From Nitrososphaerota archaeon (lineage in GTDB: Archaea; Thermoproteota; Nitrososphaeria_A; Caldarchaeales; Calditenuaceae), in NCBI GenBank assembly GCA_041641295.1, contig JBEPYO010000001.1:672001-736000 (forward strand): a stretch of 64,000 nt of DNA, given 5' to 3'. Shown here piece by piece: positions 10,868-20,690 of this stretch. Position 1 is the stretch's first letter; each line of letters begins with the position of its first letter. Below the pieces are notes generated by a model that worked only from the letters and a program-made list of their open reading frames with translations, was not told where the DNA came from and ran no database searches. Made by a program: the position numbers and the translations under genes.

Positions 10868-11879
10868 GACCCATCAATGTCATTAGCGAGAAGGCTGCGG
10901 CCCACGCAGCGCCAGCCCTAAACCTCCCCAACCCATACACCACGTTAAGTGCATATGCCCCTAGGCCCGAAATCCAGAGCCAAGCAACCGGGGAGAGCGC
11001 CCTTCTAATATAGGTCAAGGCGAGCTCATCGCTTGACATCTCTGACAGCCCCATTATCGTCGCATCAATATATCTGTACGTCTCAACCTCGGCGGAACTC
11101 CAGTTCAAATATAGCGGAGTAACTTGAGAAATGTTGAAGGGGACAGCTATTCTGTCCACACCATTAACTACTGCCTCACTGAGCATCAGCCCTTCAATGG
11201 TTATCCTTTGACGACCTCCCTCCAAGGCCCTCCTTTTTTCAGCATCGCTCAAACCTGTGAGGTTTACCCTTAACCCCGAGGAGTCTAAGACCTCCGCCTT
11301 CAGAGTCAAGGCACGCGCCAGAGGAGCATAAATAGCTGAGCCGTTGGACAATATGTCCTCTCTAACACCCGCCGGGACTTCGACACCCTCATAGATCCCA
11401 GTGACTGAAAGGTCGCGAAAACCAACACCATTTGCCTCATATCCATAAACGATGATGGTGGATGGTGGGAGAAGGAGGCTAATTAGTGAGCCGACGGCAA
11501 TGAAGATGAAGAGTATCAGGAATCCGTTCAGTATGGATGAAAGGATAGATAACAGGTTTCCATTCTTCTTTTTGAGGAAGAACGAGAAGACCCACAGTAC
11601 TCCGAACAACACTCCTATGGCTAGGAAGAAGTAGGCAATCTGCCGAGCAATGACAAACCTTATGTCTACGGTGGGTGTCGGAATCTTCTCATCAAAAACA
11701 TTGATTATCTCGAGCCTAGGCAAGGACACTAACGTATCTAAGGTGATGCTGGATGCCACTACGAGGAAGAAGATGAGCATTGCTACTCCAGTACCTGGTC
11801 TCTCAGAGATCTCTGAAATCACCTTTCCCGGGCTGTGTATTATCCTGATGGGGCGTGTGAGCAGGGATGTGAAAGACAT
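10860..11879 (-). CDS. Yip1-like multi-pass membrane protein with large soluble insert
   Basis: N-terminal 'IIHSPGKVISEISERP' resembles the Yip1 amphipathic motif; 3 TM, ~150-aa soluble region, then 2 TM. Confidence 0.65.
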   Translation of the reverse strand: MSFTSLLTRPIRIIHSPGKVISEISERPGTGVAMLIFFLVVASSITLDTLVSLPRLEIINVFDEKIPTPTVDIRFVIARQIAYFFLAIGVLFGVLWVFSFFLKKKNGNLLSILSSILNGFLILFIFIAVGSLISLLLPPSTIIVYGYEANGVGFRDLSVTGIYEGVEVPAGVREDILSNGSAIYAPLARALTLKAEVLDSSGLRVNLTGLSDAEKRRALEGGRQRITIEGLMLSEAVVNGVDRIAVPFNISQVTPLYLNWSSAEVETYRYIDATIMGLSEMSSDELALTYIRRALSPVAWLWISGLGAYALNVVYGLGRFRAGAAWAAAFSLMTLMGLV

Positions 11880-11892
11880 GGCAGCGTTACAC

Positions 11893-14800
11893 TTAATCTA
11901 TCTGCTCCTTGATAAGTCCTTTCGAGAACTCTAAGTACCTGTTCCTCTCCTCGACGGTTATTGCCCTCCAGATTAGGACCTGCTTTCTGAGGTCGTCTGC
12001 AAAGAAGTATGCCTGGGTAGCCCACATCGCGTCTGCTCCGCTGATCTTTGTCATGATTAGCTCGAACGAGTATCTCTTGGCAGACTCCTCGTAGATGGAG
12101 GCTATCTCTACGTGCTGGTTTATGCCCTGTTCGTAGGGGGCCAGCGAGACATCCAGCCGCAGCCTCATTTCGCCCCTATTGTTTAATACTGGTGGCATGA
12201 CCTCTCTCACGGTGTAGCTGGGCTTCTGCGCACCAGCTCCGACATAATACTCGTATAGGAAGGCCATGAATGCCGCTGCCTCGTCCCTGTTGTCGATGCT
12301 TAGTGGGAGTGGGAGGCGCCATACCCCCTGCTTGGGCTTTGTGGGTGGCTTCCACTTCCTCTCGAGGGAGGGTGTGACCAGCATGGCGGCAATTCTTGAT
12401 GGGTATACTGAGGCAAGCATGGCGGCTAATATCACGATGCCGAGGGAGAGCATTATGAAGATGGAGGCATAGTTGAGAGTGTAGACTCTTGGCAGGAGCC
12501 CGAATTCTATGAAGGCCCTGTTCAACACGAATCCATTTAGATACCCGATGAGAGCGCCTAGCGAGGCGTAGACGGCAGATTCTACGAAGAAGAGGAAGCT
12601 GGAGCCTAGAGGCGGCAAGCCTAACACAGAGTAGACCGATATCTCCCGCCTCCTCTCCTCCACACTGCCCATGAGGTTAATTACCGTATTTAGTGCGCCG
12701 ATGACAATCAGCGCCGGCACAATCTCCCACCCAACGGTCTTAAAGCTCGTGACACGGGAGCCCCTATATGTCGAGCCGCCCTCACCCACGTATACCGCGA
12801 GGTCTGTAACCATGCTCAAGTCTCTGGCGAGCTGGCGCATACTCTCGCCGGCCCCACCTTCCGCGGGATAAATGTTGTAGGACGCCGTGTATCCGCCGAG
12901 GCTGGTAACTAGTCCGTATGGAGCGATAATCAGCCTGTCCCACGAGAGGGGAGGCGGAATCTGCTGTGCGGGCACAGTTGCGCCAAAGGCTATGGATCCT
13001 ACATAGTATGGATTTATAGGCGCCATTGAGAAGCCGCTGATCTCGAACAGTTTTTCAGCTTCGGCAGCAGAGTATATGCCTACTACTTTTAAGGGGAGGC
13101 CCATGGCATAGAGCCTGTCACCGACCTGAACTCCAAGCATCTCTGCCAACGTATCAGGGACAAGTATCTCGTAGGCGTATTCACTACTGAAGATGCTGCT
13201 GGGGCCCTTTGATTGAATTATGCAGCAGGCTCCTAGTTGTACGACTGAGCTATTCTCATTCCCTACTAGCTGCGCAACTGTTCGCTCAAGGTCAGGTCCT
13301 GTGAGGCCTAGTATTGCATGGATGTTGTAGAAATTTCCTGAGAGCGGGTCCTTGCTGAGCTGGAGTATTGGGCCCACCGCAGGGTAGATTGAGACTGGGT
13401 AGTACCATGCCCTAGGTGCCACCACCATGCCCTGCGCCTCGTAAGCCTTCAGCACCTCACGCCCCTCATCACCCATGACGCCTCCAACTGGGATACCATA
13501 GCCAATCCTCACCGAGACCCCATCTGTTGGTGCACTCTGTGGTAGCGACGGGAATGCAACATCAACCGAGGGAGCGACTGAGGTGAAGATTGAGAGTCCG
13601 AGTGTCACACCTATGATTGAGCCGATTATCAGCGTAGTCCTCAACCTCCTTCTCCTCATGTTTTCTACGGCTGTGTTATATGCGACAGCCATTATCCCCA
13701 CGCGGCCAATCTCAAGAACGTGAGACCCAAGCATCCTGTAGGATATGCTACGCCTTACGCGCTCAACTTCGTTACCCAAGACCGAGAGAACAATCATGTA
13801 CAGCACTATTGTGAGGAGGCCGAAGACTGCCATTAGAGCTGTGCTCATAACACTGAATGCGGGGTGAACCTCGGTGAAGATTAGGAAGAGGACAGCGCCC
13901 ACAGATATTATCGATAGAAGCCTCTTCTTCCCTTCAGCATGTATGACCAGACGCTCTACGAAGACGCTGCTCAAGACTATTAAGCCTATAAAGAATAGGC
14001 TTGTGTTTGAGGAGTCGTTTATAAGACCCATAACCTCGTTGTACGCCCTGTATGCCCAGCCCCACGCAAGCATTGAGTAGGACTGGAAGAGGGAGTACTT
14101 TCTATTGGAGTAGGCCTCCTCGGCCAGACGTAGATACTTCTCAACCTGCTCCAGCTTCTGCTCGATGCTAATGGTCTTAACATTCTTGGAGCTCAGCGCA
14201 TCATACCTGCCCTTGGTTATTCTGTACATATCGAGCGCAATTCTGTAGGCTGTGTTGTGAACCACCAGCTCGTGTTCAGACTTGAAGCCTACACCCTCCG
14301 TCTCCCTCTCAGTCGAGTTTACGAGGGCTATGTATGGCACACGGGAGAGGGCTACTCCAGCCCCACCAAGCCTGCCAAGAACCATGAAGACTTCGCCGGG
14401 CTGAGTGAAGACTACACCCACAGGCTCATACATGTTAAAGTAAACTCCATAGAAGAGCAGATCGCCTCTGATTCGGAAGTTGAGGGGGACTATCTGGGCG
14501 CCGGCTGTATGATACCACCCACCTCCGAGCCCAGCTTGCCCGCCTGTCGTCGGCGCTGCCCACCCCGCCAGGTGCGGGTCAGGCATTAGTGCCGGCCTGA
14601 AGTTGGTGAGGTCTATGACGTCGAAGATGTAGGTTGGCACAGCCCTGAAGACGACTACTGAGACCTCGTCATAGGGTGAGAGGGGAGAAATTGTCGGCGG
14701 AATTGACCTAGCACCATAGATGCCGAGGTCGGGGGCGTATATTATCTCCCCAGTCTCATCATCGAATCCCCATGCCTCGACGAAATATCTGCTGCCCGGG

Positions 14801-16638
14801 ACGAATGGATAAGGCACAAGACCCTTAATAGTGAACATTCCATTCTCATCGGCGAAGGTCATCATCTTGTTGAAGGGATATGGTAGTGGCCAGTAGCCTG
14901 CGCTGAGGCCGCCTCCCACCGCCGTCCCACCTCCAGGTCCATAGACAACTGAGGCGGTGGGTGTGAAGCCTACATAGACCCTGACTAGGAGCTTGGGAAC
15001 CGGCCTATACCATCCAACCGATGCGTTATAGGTGATAACCTTCCCCCTAAGCTCGATGAAGCCTGCATATTCTGCAAAGCCTCCGGGCTGTATGAATAGG
15101 CGAGAGGGTGAGACGCTCTGCCAGCTAATTCCAAGGCTTTTCTCATTCAGGAATGAGTCGATGATGTGGGCTATTGTGTAGAGCTGGGGACGGAGGCGCT
15201 CCAAATCCACTAGAGAGAGGTCGCTAACAGGAGTTCCTATCCAAGACAGTGATGTCTGGGAGGATTGTATTGTGAAGGCTATGCCCCTCGTCTGCTCTGC
15301 AGGCTCTGTATCAAGCATGCTTGGATACTGCTGAGAACCCCAGTACATCGTGTTGGTGAAGAACTCCTTTACAAAAGAGTCGGATTTTATACCAGTCATC
15401 TTTTGAAGATTCGAGACAAAGTCTTCATCATGAATATAGCTGGTGAATATCTGTCTCCTTATCCAAGAGTATCTCACAGTTATTCCTCCAGCGTTGCCTG
15501 TCGTCGCGTAAAGGTTAAGCGCGCTCCCTCTCAGCAGGTCAAGCCCTATTCCATAGGGGTCTAGTTCTCCGATTCCTATCATGAGGATCGGTCTGAACCT
15601 GCCCTCCGCAACCTCCCGGGAGAAGTAGAAATTATCCACGAAGTTCCTCGGACCGGCTAGCCCCTGCCAATGCCCGCTAAAGAAGACGAACCAGGCATTC
15701 CAGTACGGCTTATTCTCTGAATAGTATCTTGCAAGCTCTAGGAGGAATGCTGGGGGAACTGCCTCCATTGCTGCCGGGGAGAGTGCGGGGACGGCTGACC
15801 AGCTATCAAACCGCGCGGTGAAGATCATGGTTGTCGGATCGGCACTATTCGTGCCGTTTAGCGCGCCGATCACATTATAGGCCGTGGTCTCGATGTATCT
15901 CATTCTAACGAAGACAGTTACCCTCGCACCTTTTTCAGCAGCTTCTTTCAGTCTTTCTCCTGTTTCACTTGTGACGTAGAGTCGGGGAAAGTTAAGTGGG
16001 GCGTCGATGAACTTTTTTAGAGAGTCTAGGTAGTGTGGGACTGCTGGTGGCTCGATAAAGATTACAGCGCGTGCTCCAAGCTTCGCAGCGTTTAGCCAGT
16101 TGGAGCCGCTAGTATAATCCATGAGAACAATGCTTCCGACAACATCTTTCCCGTCAAAATCCTCCAGCTCTCCACGCCCCACATATATTAAGTGTCCACG
16201 TACCCCCTCTTTCCTTGTCATGGAGGTGTGGGGCCCGTTTGGCCAGACGGCATATGCTTCAAGCCTCGTCCTCTCTCCTCTTGATTCAAGCTCGATGTAT
16301 GAGCCCTCGTCGATCGGTACTACAACACTGTAATTCTGAATAATCACTTTGAGGCCCATCTCCCTAAGCCTGTCAGCGATATATTGTGCGGCCTTGTAGT
16401 GTCCGGGATAACCCGTCACGCGGCTTCCAAGGCTACTTAGATACTCTATATGCTGGGCCATTAGGGAAGTGTTTATGTCGTTAGGCGAGACTTTCTTTAG
16501 AGGTGTTTCCTGGGCCTCTGCTATTGGGACGTGGGTAAGAGAGAATGTTGACACAAGTAGCAATAGGGTTAGAGCTATTGTGATGCTGTGTCTGAGGTGC
16601 CTCGGACGAGTGCAGGAAAGCATTTCTTTCGGGTACAT
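11893..16638 (-). CDS. Giant membrane protein: signal + PA domain + degenerate M28 peptidase + Ig-like domain + MacB/FtsX-type permease
   Basis: GSRVTGYPG and NVIGAL (M28 fold); GHLIYVGRG...GKDVVGSIVL (PA); NMRRRRLRTTL (MacB TM1 lead-in); GSVEERRREISVYSVLG and ASVYPSRIAA (FtsX domain). Confidence 0.85.
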   Translation of the reverse strand: MYPKEMLSCTRPRHLRHSITIALTLLLLVSTFSLTHVPIAEAQETPLKKVSPNDINTSLMAQHIEYLSSLGSRVTGYPGHYKAAQYIADRLREMGLKVIIQNYSVVVPIDEGSYIELESRGERTRLEAYAVWPNGPHTSMTRKEGVRGHLIYVGRGELEDFDGKDVVGSIVLMDYTSGSNWLNAAKLGARAVIFIEPPAVPHYLDSLKKFIDAPLNFPRLYVTSETGERLKEAAEKGARVTVFVRMRYIETTAYNVIGALNGTNSADPTTMIFTARFDSWSAVPALSPAAMEAVPPAFLLELARYYSENKPYWNAWFVFFSGHWQGLAGPRNFVDNFYFSREVAEGRFRPILMIGIGELDPYGIGLDLLRGSALNLYATTGNAGGITVRYSWIRRQIFTSYIHDEDFVSNLQKMTGIKSDSFVKEFFTNTMYWGSQQYPSMLDTEPAEQTRGIAFTIQSSQTSLSWIGTPVSDLSLVDLERLRPQLYTIAHIIDSFLNEKSLGISWQSVSPSRLFIQPGGFAEYAGFIELRGKVITYNASVGWYRPVPKLLVRVYVGFTPTASVVYGPGGGTAVGGGLSAGYWPLPYPFNKMMTFADENGMFTIKGLVPYPFVPGSRYFVEAWGFDDETGEIIYAPDLGIYGARSIPPTISPLSPYDEVSVVVFRAVPTYIFDVIDLTNFRPALMPDPHLAGWAAPTTGGQAGLGGGWYHTAGAQIVPLNFRIRGDLLFYGVYFNMYEPVGVVFTQPGEVFMVLGRLGGAGVALSRVPYIALVNSTERETEGVGFKSEHELVVHNTAYRIALDMYRITKGRYDALSSKNVKTISIEQKLEQVEKYLRLAEEAYSNRKYSLFQSYSMLAWGWAYRAYNEVMGLINDSSNTSLFFIGLIVLSSVFVERLVIHAEGKKRLLSIISVGAVLFLIFTEVHPAFSVMSTALMAVFGLLTIVLYMIVLSVLGNEVERVRRSISYRMLGSHVLEIGRVGIMAVAYNTAVENMRRRRLRTTLIIGSIIGVTLGLSIFTSVAPSVDVAFPSLPQSAPTDGVSVRIGYGIPVGGVMGDEGREVLKAYEAQGMVVAPRAWYYPVSIYPAVGPILQLSKDPLSGNFYNIHAILGLTGPDLERTVAQLVGNENSSVVQLGACCIIQSKGPSSIFSSEYAYEILVPDTLAEMLGVQVGDRLYAMGLPLKVVGIYSAAEAEKLFEISGFSMAPINPYYVGSIAFGATVPAQQIPPPLSWDRLIIAPYGLVTSLGGYTASYNIYPAEGGAGESMRQLARDLSMVTDLAVYVGEGGSTYRGSRVTSFKTVGWEIVPALIVIGALNTVINLMGSVEERRREISVYSVLGLPPLGSSFLFFVESAVYASLGALIGYLNGFVLNRAFIEFGLLPRVYTLNYASIFIMLSLGIVILAAMLASVYPSRIAAMLVTPSLERKWKPPTKPKQGVWRLPLPLSIDNRDEAAAFMAFLYEYYVGAGAQKPSYTVREVMPPVLNNRGEMRLRLDVSLAPYEQGINQHVEIASIYEESAKRYSFELIMTKISGADAMWATQAYFFADDLRKQVLIWRAITVEERNRYLEFSKGLIKEQID

Positions 16639-16758
16639 TCACGCTAAACGTGTTTATCAACCTTTCCATCAAAAGCTATTTAACAGCATCTACACTCTCT
16701 TTGGCTCGCACAGGTTGAAGATTTTTTAATAACATTTAGATGGCTATATTCGCGCCTG

Positions 16759-17835
16759 GTGAGGGAGTTGGGGGAAATTAAGGTCGGGATTATAGGTTGT
16801 GGGGGTATTGCGCAAAATGCTCACATTCCGGGCTATCAGCGTCTCGCGAATGTGAAGGTCGTGGCTTGCTGTGATGTTGTGGAGTCTGTCGCAAGGACGG
16901 TTGCTGAGAAGTTCAGTATTCCGCGTTACTTTACTGACTATGAAAAGATGCTTAAGAGTGTGGAGTTGGATGCCGTCAGTGTCTGCACACCTAACGCCCT
17001 CCATAAGGAGCCGACAATAATGGCACTTGAGCGCGGCGTACATGTCCTAGTAGAGAAGCCCATTGCCACGAGTGCAGAGGATGGGGCCGCGATGGTTCGT
17101 GCCGCTAGGAAGGCTGGTAGGATACTGATTGTTGGCTTTCAGGAGCGCTTCAACCCTTACGGGATGGTGGTTAAGAAATTTGTGGAGCGTGGGGACTTGG
17201 GGTGGGTTTACTATAACAGGGCAGTTTATCTGAGGAGGAGGGGAGTGCCGACTTGGGGAGCCTTCCTGAACAGGGAGCTGCAGGGAGGTGGAGCCCTGAT
17301 AGATATCGGCGTCCACGCCCTTGACCTAGCGATGTATCTTCAGGGGTTCAAAAAGCCTGTTAGCGTGCTGGGCAGAGCCTACACCCTCTTCGGAAAGGAC
17401 AGGGAGGCTGCTGAAGCAAATATTTGGGGCGCATGGGATACTGAGAAGTTTGAGGTAGACGATAACGCATTCGCTGTAGTGACCATGGAGGATGGCTCAT
17501 TCCTAGTACTTGAGACTTCTTGGGCCAGCCACATCAAGTCGCAGGGCCTCTTCAACGTCTATCTCCGAGGGACGAGGGGTGGTGCACAGCTTGACCCTCC
17601 AGAAATATATATGGATAGGAATGGAGTTGCCTTTGATATGACACCTGTTATTAACACTAAGCCGGATTGGAGGGAGCAGTCCTACATTAAGATAAAGAAA
17701 TTTATCGAGTCGATTGAGGTTGGGAAGCCTCTCTACGCGCCGGGCGAGGAGGGAGTGGTTGTGCAGAGCGTCATCGACGCCATCTATAGGTCGACTGAGA
17801 CGGGCAAGGTCGAGCCAGTACACATACCCCTATAG
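16759..17835 (+). CDS. Gfo/Idh/MocA family oxidoreductase
   Basis: GIIGCGGIA, CTPNALH, HVLVEKP and GGGALIDIGVH motifs. Confidence 0.93.
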   Translation: MRELGEIKVGIIGCGGIAQNAHIPGYQRLANVKVVACCDVVESVARTVAEKFSIPRYFTDYEKMLKSVELDAVSVCTPNALHKEPTIMALERGVHVLVEKPIATSAEDGAAMVRAARKAGRILIVGFQERFNPYGMVVKKFVERGDLGWVYYNRAVYLRRRGVPTWGAFLNRELQGGGALIDIGVHALDLAMYLQGFKKPVSVLGRAYTLFGKDREAAEANIWGAWDTEKFEVDDNAFAVVTMEDGSFLVLETSWASHIKSQGLFNVYLRGTRGGAQLDPPEIYMDRNGVAFDMTPVINTKPDWREQSYIKIKKFIESIEVGKPLYAPGEEGVVVQSVIDAIYRSTETGKVEPVHIPL

Positions 17836-17858
17836 CCTCGTGGCGGAGGTGCCCCCGT

Positions 17859-18842
17859 ATGGAGTACGTTAATCTGGGCAGGGCAGGGGTCAAGGTCTCT
17901 AGAATCTGTCTAGGATGCCTCAACTTTGGCAATGCCCGTGAATGGATGGTTGAGTATGATGGCGCGAAGAAGGTCTTTGAGAAGGCGTGGGATTTGGGCA
18001 TCAACTTCTTCGATACCGCTAATGTCTATTCGCGGGGAAGGTCTGAGGAGATTCTCGGGATGCTGCTGGAGGGGAGGAGGGATGACGCCGTGGTGGCCAC
18101 TAAGGTGTTTGGCAGAATGGGTGAGGGCCCGAACCAGGCAGGATTGTCAAGAAAGCATATCATGTGGCAGGTCCGCGAGTCTCTTAGGAGGCTTAGGACA
18201 GACTACATAGACCTATACCAGATACATAGATGGGACTATGAGACGCCGATTGAAGAGACGTTAGCGACACTTAACGACTTAGTCAGGGCAGGTAAGGTCC
18301 ACTACATCGGCGCCTCGAGCATGTGGGCTTGGCAGTTCACCAAGGCAATATACATCAGCAGGATGAAGGGCTACGCCGAGTTCGTCAGCATGCAGAACGT
18401 CTACAACCTGTTATACAGGGAGGAGGAGAGGGAGATGATCCCATTCTGTAAGAGTGAGGGCATAGCGATAATCCCATGGAGCCCCCTAGCGGTAGGAGTC
18501 CTAAGCGGGAAATACTATGTGAACGGCAGGCTGGTAGTGACGGAGAAGGATTTTGAGCGTATAAGGCCCGGCACGAATGACTATAACGCGTACATCGCGC
18601 CACCTGAGAATGCCGAGATTGTAAGGAGGGTGATTGAGGTGGCGCAGAATAAGGGTGTGAAGCCATCCCAGATAGCCTTGGCTTGGTTGTTTAAGAAGGG
18701 TGTGACAGCGCCCATCATAGGGACGAATAATCCGGCCCATGTGGAGGAGGCTGTTGAGGCTCTCAAGATAAATCTCAGCGACGATGAGGTCAAGTATCTG
18801 GAGGAGCCCTACAGACCTAAGCCTGTCTTCGGGCACAGGTAA
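17859..18842 (+). CDS. Aldo/keto reductase
   Basis: FFDTANVY, VVATK, DYIDLYQIH and PWSPL motifs. Confidence 0.95.
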   Translation: MEYVNLGRAGVKVSRICLGCLNFGNAREWMVEYDGAKKVFEKAWDLGINFFDTANVYSRGRSEEILGMLLEGRRDDAVVATKVFGRMGEGPNQAGLSRKHIMWQVRESLRRLRTDYIDLYQIHRWDYETPIEETLATLNDLVRAGKVHYIGASSMWAWQFTKAIYISRMKGYAEFVSMQNVYNLLYREEEREMIPFCKSEGIAIIPWSPLAVGVLSGKYYVNGRLVVTEKDFERIRPGTNDYNAYIAPPENAEIVRRVIEVAQNKGVKPSQIALAWLFKKGVTAPIIGTNNPAHVEEAVEALKINLSDDEVKYLEEPYRPKPVFGHR

Positions 18843-18844
18843 TA

Positions 18845-20230
18845 TTACAGCATAATACCAGGGTTCAGGATATTGTTGGGGTCGAAGAGTTCTTTAAGCC
18901 TCTTCATGAGGTCTAGCACTTCGCGGTGCTGCTCCAACATGAATTCCTTCTTCTCCACGCCTACTCCGTGCTCCGCCGAGAGAGCTCCGCCAACCTCTAT
19001 GGCGTATCTGGTCAGCTCCGCATTAGCCCGCAGCGCCCTCTCCCACTCATCCCTATTACGCCTGTCCGTCAGCCAGTTGGCGTGGATGTTCCCATCACCC
19101 AAGTGGCCCATTACCCCTACCCTCACTCCATATTTTTTCGCGAGTTCGTAGGCCTTGTTTACGGCGTCGAGGAGGCGTGAGAGTGGAACTATTATGTCGC
19201 CTATGATTGGGGACCTGCAGGCCTTCAGGATTGAGGGATAAGCTCCTCGCCTAGCCTCCCATATCCTCTCAGCCTCCGCCTCGTCTTTAGGGACTATAAT
19301 GCTGACCGCCCCGCCCTCCCTCAGCAGGCTAGTCGCGTCTGCAACCTCCTCCTCCAGCCCAGCCCTCGAGTAGCTATGGAACTCGAGAATGATCATGCAC
19401 TCGTGGTCTGGGAGGCTTAGACCCGACCACTCAGATATGAGCTTCAGATGCGTCCTGTCAAGAAACTCGATGGCGCCCGGCTCTAACCCAGAGAGCCTGA
19501 CCCTCCCTATACACCTTACTCCATCTTCGATCGAGTCAAAGTAGGCCGCTATTGTCTTACGGTGTCTTGGGAGGGGGCGGAGCCTTAGCGTGGCCTCGGT
19601 TATCACCCCCAACGTCCCCTCGGACCCGACAAGCATTCTCGCCAAGTCATACCCTATAGAGTATTTGAAGACGCGAGAGCCTAGACGGAGGTCGAGGCCC
19701 ACTGGGAAGACGACCCTCAGGGCCAGAACATAGTCTCTCGTCGCCCCGTATCTCACAGCTTTGAGCCCTGAGGCATTGTTAGCGATCATTCCACCAATGG
19801 TACATGATTTGCCGCTGGCCGGGTCGGGTGGGAAGAAGAGGCCGTAGGGTTCCAGCTCCTTGTTGAGCTGGTCGTAGATTACTCCGGGCTCCACGTCGAC
19901 CTGCATGTCATACTGCCTGACCTCCAAGATCCTGTTCATCTTCATCATGTTCATGACTATGCCCCCAAACCTGGGTGTTGATGCGCCAGTGAGCCCTGTC
20001 CCTCCACCCCTAACAGTCACTGGTATCCGCCGCCTCGAAGCATACTTGAGGACCTCCAAGACCTCTGAGCTGTTCTCGGGCCAGACAACTGCCTCGGGCA
20101 GCACCGACTCACCGGCGAAAGCGTCCAAAGCGTTGGTAACTAGGTCGTAGTCCTCGTTGGAGACGTCTGAGGCGCCTACGATGGAGGCGAGCGCCGCAAG
20201 GTCTTCAGGTCTAACCCTGTTATACTCCAT
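18845..20230 (-). CDS. glcD: FAD-linked 2-hydroxyacid oxidoreductase (GlcD / D-lactate dehydrogenase family)
   Basis: RGGGTGLTG, PPDPAS, TIGGMIANNASG, GSEGTLG, GHLGDGNIH, AEHGVG and DPNNILNPG motifs. Start trimmed to ATG 20230 because the longer ORF overlaps the upstream gene. Confidence 0.85.
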   Translation of the reverse strand: MEYNRVRPEDLAALASIVGASDVSNEDYDLVTNALDAFAGESVLPEAVVWPENSSEVLEVLKYASRRRIPVTVRGGGTGLTGASTPRFGGIVMNMMKMNRILEVRQYDMQVDVEPGVIYDQLNKELEPYGLFFPPDPASGKSCTIGGMIANNASGLKAVRYGATRDYVLALRVVFPVGLDLRLGSRVFKYSIGYDLARMLVGSEGTLGVITEATLRLRPLPRHRKTIAAYFDSIEDGVRCIGRVRLSGLEPGAIEFLDRTHLKLISEWSGLSLPDHECMIILEFHSYSRAGLEEEVADATSLLREGGAVSIIVPKDEAEAERIWEARRGAYPSILKACRSPIIGDIIVPLSRLLDAVNKAYELAKKYGVRVGVMGHLGDGNIHANWLTDRRNRDEWERALRANAELTRYAIEVGGALSAEHGVGVEKKEFMLEQHREVLDLMKRLKELFDPNNILNPGIML

Positions 20231-20276
20231 CCGCCCTATCATGGTATGACTTGTTAAAAACTGATACGCATCTGAG

Positions 20277-20684
20277 CTAACTGGATTCCCACCTTTCCTC
20301 GAGAGCTTTTCTAAGGTCTTTCGTCTCACCCTTCCTGTGGACCATTACCCTCGACTCCACTTGGACCTTGAGACCCAGTCTCCTGAACAGAATCAATAGG
20401 TCTCCAGCGTCTATAGGAGCTTCAATCTTGCCCTCTTTTAGGGCTTTGAGGAGAGCGGCGGAGACCTTCCGTACTAGGTCCGGATTCTCGGAGAGCGCTG
20501 CGGCTAAGACCTCGTCGCCCCTCTCTGAGACGTGTTTTTTCAGCTCCTCTACCGGGTCAGGCTCCGCCACCTGTTTCTCCTCAGGGGCGGGTGTTTCCCT
20601 CGACTTGGCTAACTGGGCCATTAGGCTTCTCATCTTCTTCATTTTTATGAGTTTGAGGCTGATGTCTTCGTCCTCCAAATCCAT
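20277..20684 (-). CDS. PDCD5-like double-stranded DNA-binding protein
   Basis: Helical 135 aa: D.L..I...K...L N-terminus and P.LVRKV...L....G.I...ID...L core; co-oriented behind priL. Confidence 0.6.
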   Translation of the reverse strand: MDLEDEDISLKLIKMKKMRSLMAQLAKSRETPAPEEKQVAEPDPVEELKKHVSERGDEVLAAALSENPDLVRKVSAALLKALKEGKIEAPIDAGDLLILFRRLGLKVQVESRVMVHRKGETKDLRKALEERWESS

Positions 20685-20690
20685 CGCCCT

